NCBI GenBank assembly: GCA_946965045.2
Contig: OX337229.1
Coordinates: forward strand, 2,976,001 to 3,040,000
Source of the DNA: Epithemia pelagica
Taxonomy: Eukaryota; Protista; Bacillariophyta
Direction: 5' to 3'
Length of the DNA stretch: 64,000 nucleotides
Part shown: positions 34,285-45,280 of the stretch, piece by piece
Layout: each line of letters begins with the position of its first letter
Numbering within the stretch: the first letter of the stretch is position 1
Translations under genes and position numbers: made by a program
Notes under the pieces: generated by a model
What the model was told of the DNA's origin: nothing
Databases searched by the model: none
What the model saw: only the letters and a program-made list of their open reading frames with translations

Positions 34285-37200
34285 CTACTTGTTTTTGCTG
34301 CTTACTCGGTGTTTGTGGTGACGGCGAGGATGATGCTTTTGACGCAAGGGCCGATCATTTCTCCATTCACCTTCGTGACGAATGCTGCCATCGGGGCGAT
34401 GTTCCACTCCATGTCCTTGCGCTTGTCCACATTGCCATTCTCCCTTGTACCGGCGGCCATCCACCCAAACACATTCTCCCATTCCGTGATATTTCCCATG
34501 TTCCCAATCGCCATTGTACACGGATCCATCGGCAAAAATGTACCGGCCCTTGCCATGACGGAGACCACGGTAAAAGTCACCGGTATAGACCGCTCCATCC
34601 GGCCATGTATAGGTTCCCTCACCTTGTCGGTGATCGAGCTGGAAACCTCCATCATAGACGCGACCATCGGACCATTCGTATCGACCATGGCCATGACGTT
34701 GATCGTTGTCGTATTGACCGATATAGGCGTCGCCGTTGTTGAATACGGCATGACCATAGCCATGCCATCGACCGCTTCGCCATTCACCACTGTAGATTCG
34801 ACCGTCCGTGTAGTGCATTGTTCCCTGTCCATGCGGTTTCCCACCGACCATGACTCCCGTATATCGACCAGTATCACCATAGGGATCCGAAAGAAGCTTA
34901 TTTTGAACCTGTTGCAGGAGAATCAGCTGATTATCCCCCGCAACACCGCTGGCTGTGGAAGATGCTCTCTTGATGTCACCATTGCTTTGAGAATGCTTCA
35001 CTTCCAAATCTGCGTCTTCCTTGGAAGATGGTTTCAAGCCATCGACAGGGGTTCCATGGTGGGATGATTTGTTTCGTCGAAGTTTTCGTTCAGCATTTTG
35101 AGGCTCCTTCGGTTTGGATTGTTGGTCCGTTGCATCTTGATGGTTGGTGCGAGAACCACTAAGCTCAGCTTTTTGCTCGGAAAACGCCATGTCGGTGGAC
35201 GAATCTTCTCCGTCATACAACGGCATTGCTCGTCCTTCCGGACCGAGTGATGTCTTTCGTCTTCGACCATTGCGATGGCCTTCCCCGCTCTTGACTCCAC
35301 TCTTTTGTTTCTTGTCTTTATTTCTTTGCCGGCTGTTGGATCGAGAGCTTAGATCCGATTTGGAGGACCTTAACTTCCTCTTTGAAGTAGGAGAGCGCTG
35401 TTGTGATTTTCGTCTGACTCGCTCAACATTATGAGAAGAAACTCCATCCATTTCGAGATCCTCTGTACTTGTCGAGTCTCCATCAGTGTTAAAAACTAAT
35501 TCGTCAACGGGCGGAGACATTGTCGGAATTGGTTCACGTCGTTTCGGCCGAGACTTTGGTGGAGACTTTCGTCGGTGGGTATTACTCCTCTTGACGTCTT
35601 TGATGTTGAAATCAAAGTGGTGATCCATTGAGTTAGAGGCCGGTAGACCCTTCTCAACTAGATTTTTGACCTCCTCATTTTTGGCATTCGTAAAAGTAGC
35701 AAGAAGATGTTCAAGAACATCTTCTTTCTTGGCATCAGTCGGTGTTGCACCGTCTTTGCCATTTTCTTTTTCTGGAGGTTCCCCACTTCTTCGGTAAAAT
35801 GACGAATCGCGTGGAGAGTATGAACCGCCCGCCGGGTCAGATCCTGTCGACCCAGAGCTGTCGCCGTTGCTGATATCATCGTCGATCGTAATTGGTAGTC
35901 CGTACTTTTTTGCAACCTTTTGTCGTCTGTCTCTTAGTTCCGAGCTTAGATGACGCATCTCACTGTCTGAGTCTGACACAACAATAGGATTTTGCTCACT
36001 CGTTCCACCCCTCAATCGTCTTCGGGGGCTTTCTGGCGAAGGCCTGAGATCATCTTGTTGTGTCTTCATTTTGTGAAGATCAGATTGCTTCTGTTTCGCT
36101 GAGTCGCCCTCTCGTGAACGAACTTTTGTTTTACCACCAGACTCTTTGGTACTGCTGCTACTTGTTTCTTTGGCTTGACTGGGGGGTTTTGTGTTTTCTG
36201 TGTAGCCACGAGTTCCCGCGGGTTCTGCACGACTCCGGTCACTGTTTCTTTCATTATCTATGTCTTGCCATTCCGGCAGGGAACGACCGGACGACTCACG
36301 AGGCGAAGGATCAGGTTTCCGCGGTTTGCCTTCGTCTTCCGTGGAAGATGAAGAGTTTGCAATCTTTGCCATCAATGCCTCTTGGTCCTCAATGATAGTC
36401 TCGAGAATGATTCCTTGATTTTCAAGTACCACCGCCTCGGCCATTGGCTGATGATGAATCTCTTGAGAGGCTTGTTGTGCAACAGCACTTTGAATAACCG
36501 CTTGAGAGGTTTGTTGTGCAGTAGCACCTTGACGAACCTCTTGAGAGGTGAGTTGTGAAGCAGCACCTTGACGAACCTCTTCAGAAGTGAGTTGTGCCGT
36601 AGCACCTTCATCATTATTTGTTGGGGCACTCTCACCTTTTTCGCTTTCCTCAGCGACAGGCACGTTGTTAGAAGAAGTCTTTGTCTCGCTGGGATTTGTC
36701 TTGGAATATGTCGCTCCGGTGGAGCTTGTGTCTGAATTTTCGTCACTCTCGTTGAGTTCTTCGATGGTTTTCATCGGTATTTTCTGTTGAACGTATGCCC
36801 CCGTGCTTTCGTAGTCTTCCACACTAATAACCTCTACGAGCTTTTCGTCTTCTTCGACGATATTTTGCTGTTCCGTCCCGTCATCATGAAGGACTATGAT
36901 GGAATGATCCTCGTATTGATACTCATCGTAGGAATGCGTGAAAGAACGCTCATCATGCCGTTGGATAACTGGTTGCTCCGGTAGCTGTGGCGAGATATGG
37001 AAATCATAGGAAGCCGCAATCACTGGCGGAACGCTACCATCGTAGGACGAAAATTCGGACGGTCTGATCCCTGGAGATTCAATGAATATGGGTTGTTGTT
37101 GCTGCATTATCTCTTCTGACGAATCAACGGCATATGTGTCCATGAGGCCAACCGAAGCCGACAGAATCGGCACCCGATCATCGTCACTTTCTGCCTCTGT

Positions 37201-37770
37201 CGGGGGATCCCTAATGCGGTCAGTATCTATGCTCATCACTGCATTCGCATCGTAATCGCCATCATCTGCATCGTCTTCCTCTTGGTCATTTTCCTCTGGA
37301 ACTGACTCATACTTGACAATTCCGATTAATTCCGCCTCATGCGACGACGCATTGTGGGGAATTCCTCGCCTAGAGAGGTTCGCCGCACGTTCCGTGATGT
37401 TGCTATCTGCCGCTGAAATAGGAGTGTCGTAATGACCTTGAGAGTGAGATAGCAGTGATCGAGTAGGTGGTGGACCCACTTTGGATTTCGACGACTGTGT
37501 CGGGTATTTTGTTATCACTTGGTCACCAATGGTTTCGTCAATTTTGAACTCTCCTAGTGTCGAGTTTAAAATATTCAAGTCGCTTTCGCTTGCCGTCATC
37601 ATATCTCTCAGTTTCTGATCGACTTTCTTCCTAAGAGCATCTATATCCTTGTTGAGTTTCTGATAAAAGGCAGTTGCTTCGGTAGCAGGCAGGGTAAGCA
37701 AGTCCATGGTGGATGCCGTTTGCTTTTTTCCATCCGAGGACTCAGGCTCTTCTCCACCCCAAAAGCTCAT
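34285..37770 (-). CDS. MORN-repeat protein C (1161 aa; long acidic/basic disorder, C-terminal MORN block)
   Basis: DPYGDTGRYTG...GKPHGQG followed by about 7 MORN repeats ending DGSIRHEGEW. Confidence 0.85.
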   Translation of the reverse strand: MSFWGGEEPESSDGKKQTASTMDLLTLPATEATAFYQKLNKDIDALRKKVDQKLRDMMTASESDLNILNSTLGEFKIDETIGDQVITKYPTQSSKSKVGPPPTRSLLSHSQGHYDTPISAADSNITERAANLSRRGIPHNASSHEAELIGIVKYESVPEENDQEEDDADDGDYDANAVMSIDTDRIRDPPTEAESDDDRVPILSASVGLMDTYAVDSSEEIMQQQQPIFIESPGIRPSEFSSYDGSVPPVIAASYDFHISPQLPEQPVIQRHDERSFTHSYDEYQYEDHSIIVLHDDGTEQQNIVEEDEKLVEVISVEDYESTGAYVQQKIPMKTIEELNESDENSDTSSTGATYSKTNPSETKTSSNNVPVAEESEKGESAPTNNDEGATAQLTSEEVRQGAASQLTSQEVRQGATAQQTSQAVIQSAVAQQASQEIHHQPMAEAVVLENQGIILETIIEDQEALMAKIANSSSSTEDEGKPRKPDPSPRESSGRSLPEWQDIDNERNSDRSRAEPAGTRGYTENTKPPSQAKETSSSSTKESGGKTKVRSREGDSAKQKQSDLHKMKTQQDDLRPSPESPRRRLRGGTSEQNPIVVSDSDSEMRHLSSELRDRRQKVAKKYGLPITIDDDISNGDSSGSTGSDPAGGSYSPRDSSFYRRSGEPPEKENGKDGATPTDAKKEDVLEHLLATFTNAKNEEVKNLVEKGLPASNSMDHHFDFNIKDVKRSNTHRRKSPPKSRPKRREPIPTMSPPVDELVFNTDGDSTSTEDLEMDGVSSHNVERVRRKSQQRSPTSKRKLRSSKSDLSSRSNSRQRNKDKKQKSGVKSGEGHRNGRRRKTSLGPEGRAMPLYDGEDSSTDMAFSEQKAELSGSRTNHQDATDQQSKPKEPQNAERKLRRNKSSHHGTPVDGLKPSSKEDADLEVKHSQSNGDIKRASSTASGVAGDNQLILLQQVQNKLLSDPYGDTGRYTGVMVGGKPHGQGTMHYTDGRIYSGEWRSGRWHGYGHAVFNNGDAYIGQYDNDQRHGHGRYEWSDGRVYDGGFQLDHRQGEGTYTWPDGAVYTGDFYRGLRHGKGRYIFADGSVYNGDWEHGKYHGMGECVWVDGRRYKGEWQCGQAQGHGVEHRPDGSIRHEGEWRNDRPLRQKHHPRRHHKHRVSSKNK
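36460..36615 (-). repeat. Coding tandem repeat, 4 x 39 bp (13 aa, GATAQLTSQEVRQ-like)
   Basis: Four imperfect units of ctcttgagaggt..gttgtgca.tagcaccttgacgaac. Confidence 0.85.
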
Positions 37771-38460
37771 GGTGAGGTCCTGTTGTCTTCTCGGTTGTGC
37801 ACGGTGCTCGTTGGCAGCACATCATCGATGAATCACGAAAACGGCGGAGGGTCTGTTCCCAAGCGATGTCGAATGCGTTCAAGCGATGATTTTGTGAGAG
37901 TTCAGCGATGAAGGCTATTATCATGAAGAAATTATCATCCCACCATCCTCGTGAAGGCTATAGTAATTCATTCCATATCGGATGAAACAGATTCCCCAAG
38001 CTTAAGTTCGCTGCTTCTGATATTATATATTGCTTTATTATTGCCCTTGCATTTCTATCCTCACTGCAAAATAACGACTACTAGTATACACGATTCAGTA
38101 CAATATAACCTGTTGACTGGTCCTAGTCGTGAATATTGTGTGTGAAGCGTACAATACGAGTAGAGACCATCAATCATCAATGTCACACCGTATTGTACGG
38201 CCCTGCTCGCCTTTTGCACCTCCGCCTCCGCCCCTCATTTTTTCATGGTGGGGAGTCGTTGCCTCAACTTTTTTCAAATGCTTTCTCCCTTTCACGGCAA
38301 GAAACACAAATGAGAGTATTGGAAATTAGAACGATGATCTGGAGTCTTCTTGTTCTTATGTTCACGTTCCTTCTTGAAGAAATAGAGGAAGACTGAGTGG
38401 ACGGAGTGGTCGGAGAAAACAAAGACAAAGCAACCGCACAACTCTTCGGCCTCTCGAGAA

Positions 38461-39386
38461 ATGAGGCCGTCCCTTTGTCTTGGTTGTTTCCTTTTCACAA
38501 CACGTGAGTTTCACGTTCATACCATTGGCCTTTCTTACCAGCCCGATCAACCACGTATGAATGGTCAAGGAACGCCATCTCTCCCTCTTCTTTTGCGCAT
38601 GACAGATGACTCGTCGTCAGGTTCGGACCGAGAGGAAAACAGTCTTCCCGAGAAGCGCAGTTCACTCGACGACGGGAAGAGCAACGTACTTTTACGATTC
38701 TTCCTCGCCTACACGCATCTTTGTGAGAGAAAGCCGATTCTGATCAAATCATTGAGTCAATCGATCATAGGCGGTCTGGGTTCAATTTTATCACAATGTG
38801 TAATTGCAAAATCTTCGGGGTACTCGTCGTTTCACATTGACTGGAACCAGGTACGTGCAATCATGACGTCGGGTCTCTTATTTGAGGGTCCGTACTTTCA
38901 TTGGTGGTATGAACGCTAATGGATGATGGGACGGTGGCTTGAGAGCCAAAACATGAGACCACATATTTCTCCACGATTCAAAACAACAATTCAAGTTGTT
39001 GTGGATCAAACTCTCGGGGTACTCTTATTCTTTCCTACCTATTTCTTTCTGTACGAAATCATCCAATCTTTTTGGAATCTGCAAGGTACGAGACCATTGT
39101 GCTAACACAAGATGGCATGGAAAGGTGTCCAATTTGTGGTCGTCTCTCATCCAGGTTCTTCTCTCGATCTTTCCATACAACTAAACACTATACAGCTCCA
39201 AATCTTTCTCTGGCGCGGAATCGTCTGGGCATGGAGCTCCTTTCAGTGCTACGAACCAACTACTTGATTTGGCCATTGGCAAACTGGGTCATCTTCCAAA
39301 AAGTTCCCGAATCGTTGCGTGTGCTTGCATCGAGCATCGTCGCAGTTTTGTGGAATGCATTTTTATGTTCTCGAGTCGCGGGATGA
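38461..39386 (+). pseudogene. Mpv17/PMP22 family membrane protein with one in-frame TAA and one intron
   Basis: PILIKSLSQSIIGGLGSILSQ, GLLFEGPYFHWWY, VVVDQTLG and NYLIWPLANWVIFQKVP...LWNAFLC. The TAA at 38917-38919 sits between two in-frame ORFs. Intron 39086-39195 (GTACGA...TACAG) restores the last exon in frame. The 5' start is uncertain. Confidence 0.75.
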
Positions 39387-39674
39387 AGCTCTTACAAGAA
39401 CACTTGGTATCGGGTGACAGAACACGCTAATGTAGAATGCAGTGTCTTAGTTTTTGATTAAAGGAAACAGTTGCTTCAACCAGCGAGAGAAACATGTACA
39501 GGCGTACAAACTAGTTACGCTTCGCTGTCTGGAAGAGTTTGAATCGAGTAATCAATCGTAAATTTTCGCTTATTACCCTAAGGATGTATCTTTTCCTCAT
39601 GAAGCCCTTTCAATCAAACAAAATGGTATCGCGGGTCTCATGCTGAATACCCTTCCTTGCCGTTATTTTCCTCC

Positions 39675-41783
39675 CTATTTACGAATAGGCTGGCCCTTGG
39701 CCCATTGGCCTTCATGTCGTAGAGACCCATCAGGTCGAATCTCTTTGCCGTACCCTTGCATTTCACCATTGTACCATTCTCCGTCATACCATCCGCCATC
39801 ACTCCATGACATTTTGCCTCTACCAAAGAATTCTCCTTCTCGAAATTCTCCATCATACACGGATTGGTCGGTAAAGACGCATCGTCCACGGCCATGACGC
39901 ATCCCATCTACCCAACCACCCGTGTAGGTACTGCCATCCTGATAGGTCATTTTCCCTTCCACCATTTGTCCATTCTTGTATTCACCGTCAAAGATGCGAC
40001 CATCGGCAAACTTCATGACACCACGTCCATGCTTGTGATCGCCCTTCAAGCCACCCTCATAAAAGTCCCCGTCGCCATTGCTCAATCGACCATTGCCCGT
40101 CCATCTTCCGCGCCTCCAGTCTCCCTCGTACCATCGACCAGCCTTATCATATTCCAAGCGTCCAAAGCCATGAGGCATACCTGAGGTGTTGGAGATACTA
40201 CCGGTGTAGGTTCCCTGCTCCCCGTACGGATCAGTTACGATCAAGGCCGTTACTTGGAACACTCCAGATAGAGAGGAATCCTCTCCCTTGGAGCCACGTC
40301 CCGAACGACTGTGACTGGCACTCGAGTTGGCCCCCAGACTCTGTCTTCGACTAGGCTTCTTGGCACTGATGCTTGTCCGTCGGTCACGTCGCGACTTGCC
40401 GCCACGATACTGTTTTCTGCTGCTGGCAAAGGACTTGTTATCGAATGCTTCTTCTTCTAGAGACTCACGCGATTCGTCGTCATCCTCCAATTCAATTTCT
40501 CGAGGCAAGGACTTGACTGATTTGGACGCCGATACGATACTCGTGGCCCTACTTGTCCTCGAGGCTCGACTACTAAAGGAATTGCCCCGTTTGAGACCTG
40601 CCGGATTGTATTTGACATGGAAGGTGCCTCTGCTGCGGTCGTCATCGTCTTCATCTTCATCATCTTCCTCGGACCATTCTTCGTTGATGGCAGGCTCAAT
40701 CCAGTTTCCATCATCTTCCGATTCGATCTCAATTTCATTGGGAACTGATCGGCTTGACCGACTTCCGGTTCGTCGCGATGATCCATCACCATTGGTGCTG
40801 TTGCCACCCCGACGTCTGTGCCCAGAGTTTCCCATTCGTGGTTGGGGCCTTCCTTTCGCCGAATGGTTATCATAATGCTCTAATTGTAATTTGGAAACCA
40901 TATCATGCAAGAAACTGAGCTGCGATTGCATTGCGTCGAGCTGGTCTTTCAGACGCTTGTTCTCCGATTCCTTTTCTTGCAAAAGGACTTCCGAAGTCTT
41001 GCTGCTTCGGTTGGTTGAAACAGTCAAGGAATCTTTTCGGTCCTTGTCTTCTGGTCGTCGTGGTTTGTAGCTGCTACTACCAGTCGCCCCATCATCCTCC
41101 AAATGGTGCGATGAAGTCCCTAAATCATCGTCCTTGAGCAGCTTTGTTCGGGAGCCAGTTCGTCGTACATCCTTTTTGACACCCTTTTCTGCAACATCCT
41201 TGATTTGATAAAACAATGCCTTGACATCTTCTTTAGGAACCAAGGGACATTGCAAGTACAGAAGTTCATCCGCATCCCCCGAAGGATCTCGAAAGGTTTC
41301 CTTATCATCCACTTTGAACAAATATTTCGCCGCACCGTGCACGGAGAAGGGTTTGAGAAAGGAATATCGTTTGGGATCAGCTCGGTATTTGCGAATGTGT
41401 TGCTCCGTCCAGTGATGGCACGCAACATTGTATTTGACAACGTCCACTCCATCCTTTCCAGGTTTCCAATCTTGTGCTTTGGCATCGGGAACTTTGAGAT
41501 TGCGATCAATCGATGCCTTGAGCGCCATGGATTCCGGTTCTGAACTACAAAACCGAAGTCGAATGACTCCATCCCATACGGGGTGGTCACGAAAAAACTT
41601 TTGATACACTCGACAATTTTTCCAACTGCAAACGCATTTGGGTATGGTGGCCGCCGCTGGACCATTGCTAGCTCCTCCTCCGCCGCCTTTCATTCCATTG
41701 GGGGATAAGACTCCTCCGTTACCACCATCCGAAACAGGAGATCGTTCGCTTCCATCGCCGTGCTGATCTTCAATTAAAACCAT
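39675..41783 (-). CDS. MORN-repeat protein D (about 700 aa; N-terminal Cys/His domain, coiled coil, C-terminal MORN block)
   Basis: DPYGEQGTYTG...GMPHGFG followed by about 7 MORN repeats ending DGSLRHEGQW. First ATG at 41783. Confidence 0.85.
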   Translation of the reverse strand: MVLIEDQHGDGSERSPVSDGGNGGVLSPNGMKGGGGGASNGPAAATIPKCVCSWKNCRVYQKFFRDHPVWDGVIRLRFCSSEPESMALKASIDRNLKVPDAKAQDWKPGKDGVDVVKYNVACHHWTEQHIRKYRADPKRYSFLKPFSVHGAAKYLFKVDDKETFRDPSGDADELLYLQCPLVPKEDVKALFYQIKDVAEKGVKKDVRRTGSRTKLLKDDDLGTSSHHLEDDGATGSSSYKPRRPEDKDRKDSLTVSTNRSSKTSEVLLQEKESENKRLKDQLDAMQSQLSFLHDMVSKLQLEHYDNHSAKGRPQPRMGNSGHRRRGGNSTNGDGSSRRTGSRSSRSVPNEIEIESEDDGNWIEPAINEEWSEEDDEDEDDDDRSRGTFHVKYNPAGLKRGNSFSSRASRTSRATSIVSASKSVKSLPREIELEDDDESRESLEEEAFDNKSFASSRKQYRGGKSRRDRRTSISAKKPSRRQSLGANSSASHSRSGRGSKGEDSSLSGVFQVTALIVTDPYGEQGTYTGSISNTSGMPHGFGRLEYDKAGRWYEGDWRRGRWTGNGRLSNGDGDFYEGGLKGDHKHGRGVMKFADGRIFDGEYKNGQMVEGKMTYQDGSTYTGGWVDGMRHGRGRCVFTDQSVYDGEFREGEFFGRGKMSWSDGGWYDGEWYNGEMQGYGKEIRPDGSLRHEGQWAKGQPIRK

Positions 41784-42539
41784 TGTTTGGCTACCAACAA
41801 TCAATACAACCACAACACCTGAAATACAGGTTCAATGCAATCGAATCCAATCTTTTGCCTCTCTCTTTGGGCCCTCGCGAAACCTAAATGGTTCAAGGAT
41901 GATTGAAGACCAAAGTAAAGAAAAGAAACACAGCCAAGGTTCAGACAAACACTCTCGAAACTCGAACAGAGGGATGCAGAGATGTTTCGCGGTGGTTAAA
42001 CGATGAGATAGGGCTTGTTGAATCGCGCTGCGAGCGAAAAAAGCTTGCCGTGTCTCGTTCGCACTGGGTGCTCTTTCTTCTTTTGGCTCTTTGCTGTGTG
42101 CTTTTTGCTTTTTTTGGACGAGGGCTGATCTGTTCTCGTACAATAGCGAACTGACTATTGGTCGAATTAGCGTAGTGCCAGCACATTAAATGACGTTGCT
42201 GGTTGGTCCTCTGCAGGGGCCGCAGTAAATGCAACTGTGTCCTTGCACGTTATCAAGAATACGAATTCCATGCGACATTGATTCGTTGAAGGGGCTTACT
42301 AAGCACAAAGGGGCAATGCAGAGAGAACTCTCACTGCTGGAACAGTCGCTTATAAGTCGCTCCCATGTACTTATTGGACCACACACATTCATATCAATGA
42401 CCCCGAATGTCCATTGTCCAGAATCGCCAGCAAGGATCAAGGATCATTGCTTTCTCGCCGGAAGGTAGGCCCCCAGCCAAAATCTCCGTCATAATGTGAC
42501 ACCCAACGAGATGCCCGAACCGATTATTGTTCCTATTGA

Positions 42540-43787
42540 TTGGGAGTAACTGGACACAAGACACAGGTGTACACGACCACTCCGACAGGACAGGGACAGG
42601 GCTACCATCCGCTATCCTCTACAGATGATACCCTAAAACAATGGACATCCGACCACAAAGTGCCCTTTCACCCTCTCCCCTTTCCTGATAACGCCGCTGA
42701 ACGATCCGAATACATCGAATCCTTACGTACCATCGAAACAAACTTCGCCGAATGTCATGTGGTCCGCCTTACCAATATCAGCCCCGCAGCCACAGCCGAC
42801 GATTGGGACGCATTGTACCACTTACCCGATTACCGCGGTCTCTTCCCCCAATTCGCCGCCCACAACCCATCACCAGAAAGTTACAATCTCTTCCTGCAAT
42901 GTACCATTGGTACAATGCACATTAATCCCACCAACATCCGTGAAAAACTCTCAGGCTTTCCCCCACAACTACTCAGCCAGACCTTGGCCGCCATTACATC
43001 CAAAACCACACCACGAACGCCCAACAACCGCCCATCCTCCGCCAACCGCACAAAAAGACTCGCAGCACTAGCCAACCGGTTCCACACTACCACCCACCAC
43101 CACCACCAACCACCCCACCCTTCCATACCAGACACCGACACACCAACGCGTAAGCGCCCCGCCTCCCCCAACGACACGGCTGACACACCCACCAACGACA
43201 CGACTAACACACCCACCAACAACACCAATGTCACCACCAATGCAACCCGATCCACTAGCAATACCACCAACACAAACAACGTCTCCAACAACCCATACGC
43301 TGCAATAGCCATCGACTCAGATGACGAAGAACCCAACCCTGTCTCGAACCCCACCACCACTCCACCCATGGAACCAACCAAAACACCAACCACGCCACCA
43401 CCCGAAACAGATCTACTCTCATCCCAGGAACAAGAACTTGACAACAACAACAGACCCCCCGACCACCTCCTCTACAGCATCCCTTCATCCCATTTCTCTC
43501 AAGACACCACACACGAGCTGGAATTGCTCAATGACTACCTACGAAGCAACGACCCATCCCTCATAGCCATCTTCACCGATCAACTCACCAATAAACTCTC
43601 GTCTTTCAACAACACTGATGCCAAAACAATCTGGCAATTTGCACATGATCTAATCCAAGATCCCACCACCAAATTTCACAACGAACCACCCACCGGCACA
43701 CACAACAACACCAACAACGACATGGACATCGACGAATACCCAATTGAAACAACCAATCCCACGGGGGACAAAACCAACCATGTGTAG
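42540..43787 (+). CDS. ORF1 / N-terminal region of the non-LTR element (T/P/N-rich, about 415 aa)
   Basis: Long ORF with the same C/A-rich composition as the RT ORF, overlapping the ORF2 ATG (43780) by 8 nt. It lacks an early ATG, but ATG 42511 would join it through a 1-bp indel near 42545. Confidence 0.55.
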   Translation: MGVTGHKTQVYTTTPTGQGQGYHPLSSTDDTLKQWTSDHKVPFHPLPFPDNAAERSEYIESLRTIETNFAECHVVRLTNISPAATADDWDALYHLPDYRGLFPQFAAHNPSPESYNLFLQCTIGTMHINPTNIREKLSGFPPQLLSQTLAAITSKTTPRTPNNRPSSANRTKRLAALANRFHTTTHHHHQPPHPSIPDTDTPTRKRPASPNDTADTPTNDTTNTPTNNTNVTTNATRSTSNTTNTNNVSNNPYAAIAIDSDDEEPNPVSNPTTTPPMEPTKTPTTPPPETDLLSSQEQELDNNNRPPDHLLYSIPSSHFSQDTTHELELLNDYLRSNDPSLIAIFTDQLTNKLSSFNNTDAKTIWQFAHDLIQDPTTKFHNEPPTGTHNNTNNDMDIDEYPIETTNPTGDKTNHV

Positions 43788-44495
43788 CACACACAATGAC
43801 TCAACACAAACCCCGCGACCAACCCACACCACATGCCCCTACCCCTCATGCTCCTGGCACTCCACACCATCGACAACCCAACGACGAACCACCGACCAAC
43901 TCCGCCTACGCATCCAACAAACCCACCCAGATCAACCAACCACCCACCTCACCGATCGCTTCTGCCAACAACACAACCTCCACCCATGTCAAAACTGCAA
44001 TGACCCCGCCGCAATATACCTCACACCACGCCATCTCCAAGCACACACAAATCGTAGTCACTGTCGCCAAACCACCAATATCACCATCATCCAAAATACC
44101 CTCCGACACCTATCCCCAACCCAAATTCAACAATGGCAGGACCAACTGGCGTTTCTCTACTAACTTGAACTCACACCACCACCATTCCGCCGTTCTTCCT
44201 TCACACGGCTTAAACCACAGGCTAAACGCCTCTTCCTTCAAACAATGAACATGATAGTAGATTGGACAAACCAAGCCTCCCTTCCTTTTGCCGCTAACCA
44301 CACCAACTCCCCTCCCCCCAAACACAACACCGAAAGCGTCCCTTTTTGGAAACTATTGTTAATTCTGGAAGCACTCCTCCTCGCACCCATCAAGAACACC
44401 CTCCACCGAACACATCACAACGCACTGAAACACAGAGTAGCACAACTAAAACAAGGCGACTTGATTCTCCTTTACCACACCATTTGGCACCCGCC
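43780..44495 (+). pseudogene. Non-LTR ORF2, 5' part (zinc fingers) up to the Copia insertion
   Basis: CPYPSC...QQTH and CQNC...HLQAHTNRSH. In-frame TAA at 44161-44163. Continues as WKLLLILEALLLAP...IWHP(P), in frame with 52871. Confidence 0.75.
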
Positions 44496-45280
44496 TGTTA
44501 CAATTCTCTTGGAATTGCAGGGACATTGATGCTCGGTAGAGCAGACAATCAGGTAGGTCACCAACCGATACAAACCTCTCCACGGGTAAGAGAGGAAAGC
44601 AAGTCGTAGTCTATCAAAAGGATAGTCGGGACACAAAAGAAGATGTGATAAATGGTGATATTGTTAGATTGTGTGTTGATTACTACGATAGGTCTACGTG
44701 AAATGTTCAGTCCTGCCAAGGGTCATGTGTCATAGGTTCTTGGCGGCAACAGGTTTGGAATAGTTGGAGTCGATTCATGTGATGTATATGACATGTATAT
44801 GTGGACGGATAACATATACAGGGTCAACAGCTCTTGCTTTGGATTGGCATAGTTGTTTTCATGGCGCGCAGCTTGTTGACAATTTGGAGATTGTGGGAAT
44901 GGAAATATGGTCTCGCGTGATCGTGTGTCGTGCTTGGGATACTTAGACCGTTGGGTCGGATAGATGCCGACAGCGCTCGGATGTTGCTTGGGCGCGCTCG
45001 ATGATTTCGGGCGCGTACGCTTAGGGCGTTAGTATAATGTCCGAGCAACGGCCAAATTTACGTCCGTTGTAATACCGCACGACCCAGTTTAGTCTTGAGA
45101 GTGAGTTCGTCAATCTATTCTCACTTTTCATGATTTGCGAAGAAATATAGGTCGATATAGCGCGAAGCTAGGGAACATAGCTCGAAGCTAGATGGCATGA
45201 TGCGATAGCACGAGGCTATGTGACATGGGGAATCGATGAGATGTAGAATCTAACCACCATAGACGGTGAGAATTCTAACA
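44496..45280 (-). repeat. 3' LTR (785 bp)
   Basis: Matches 52084-52870 except for 4 substitutions and a 2-bp GT indel. Confidence 0.97.
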
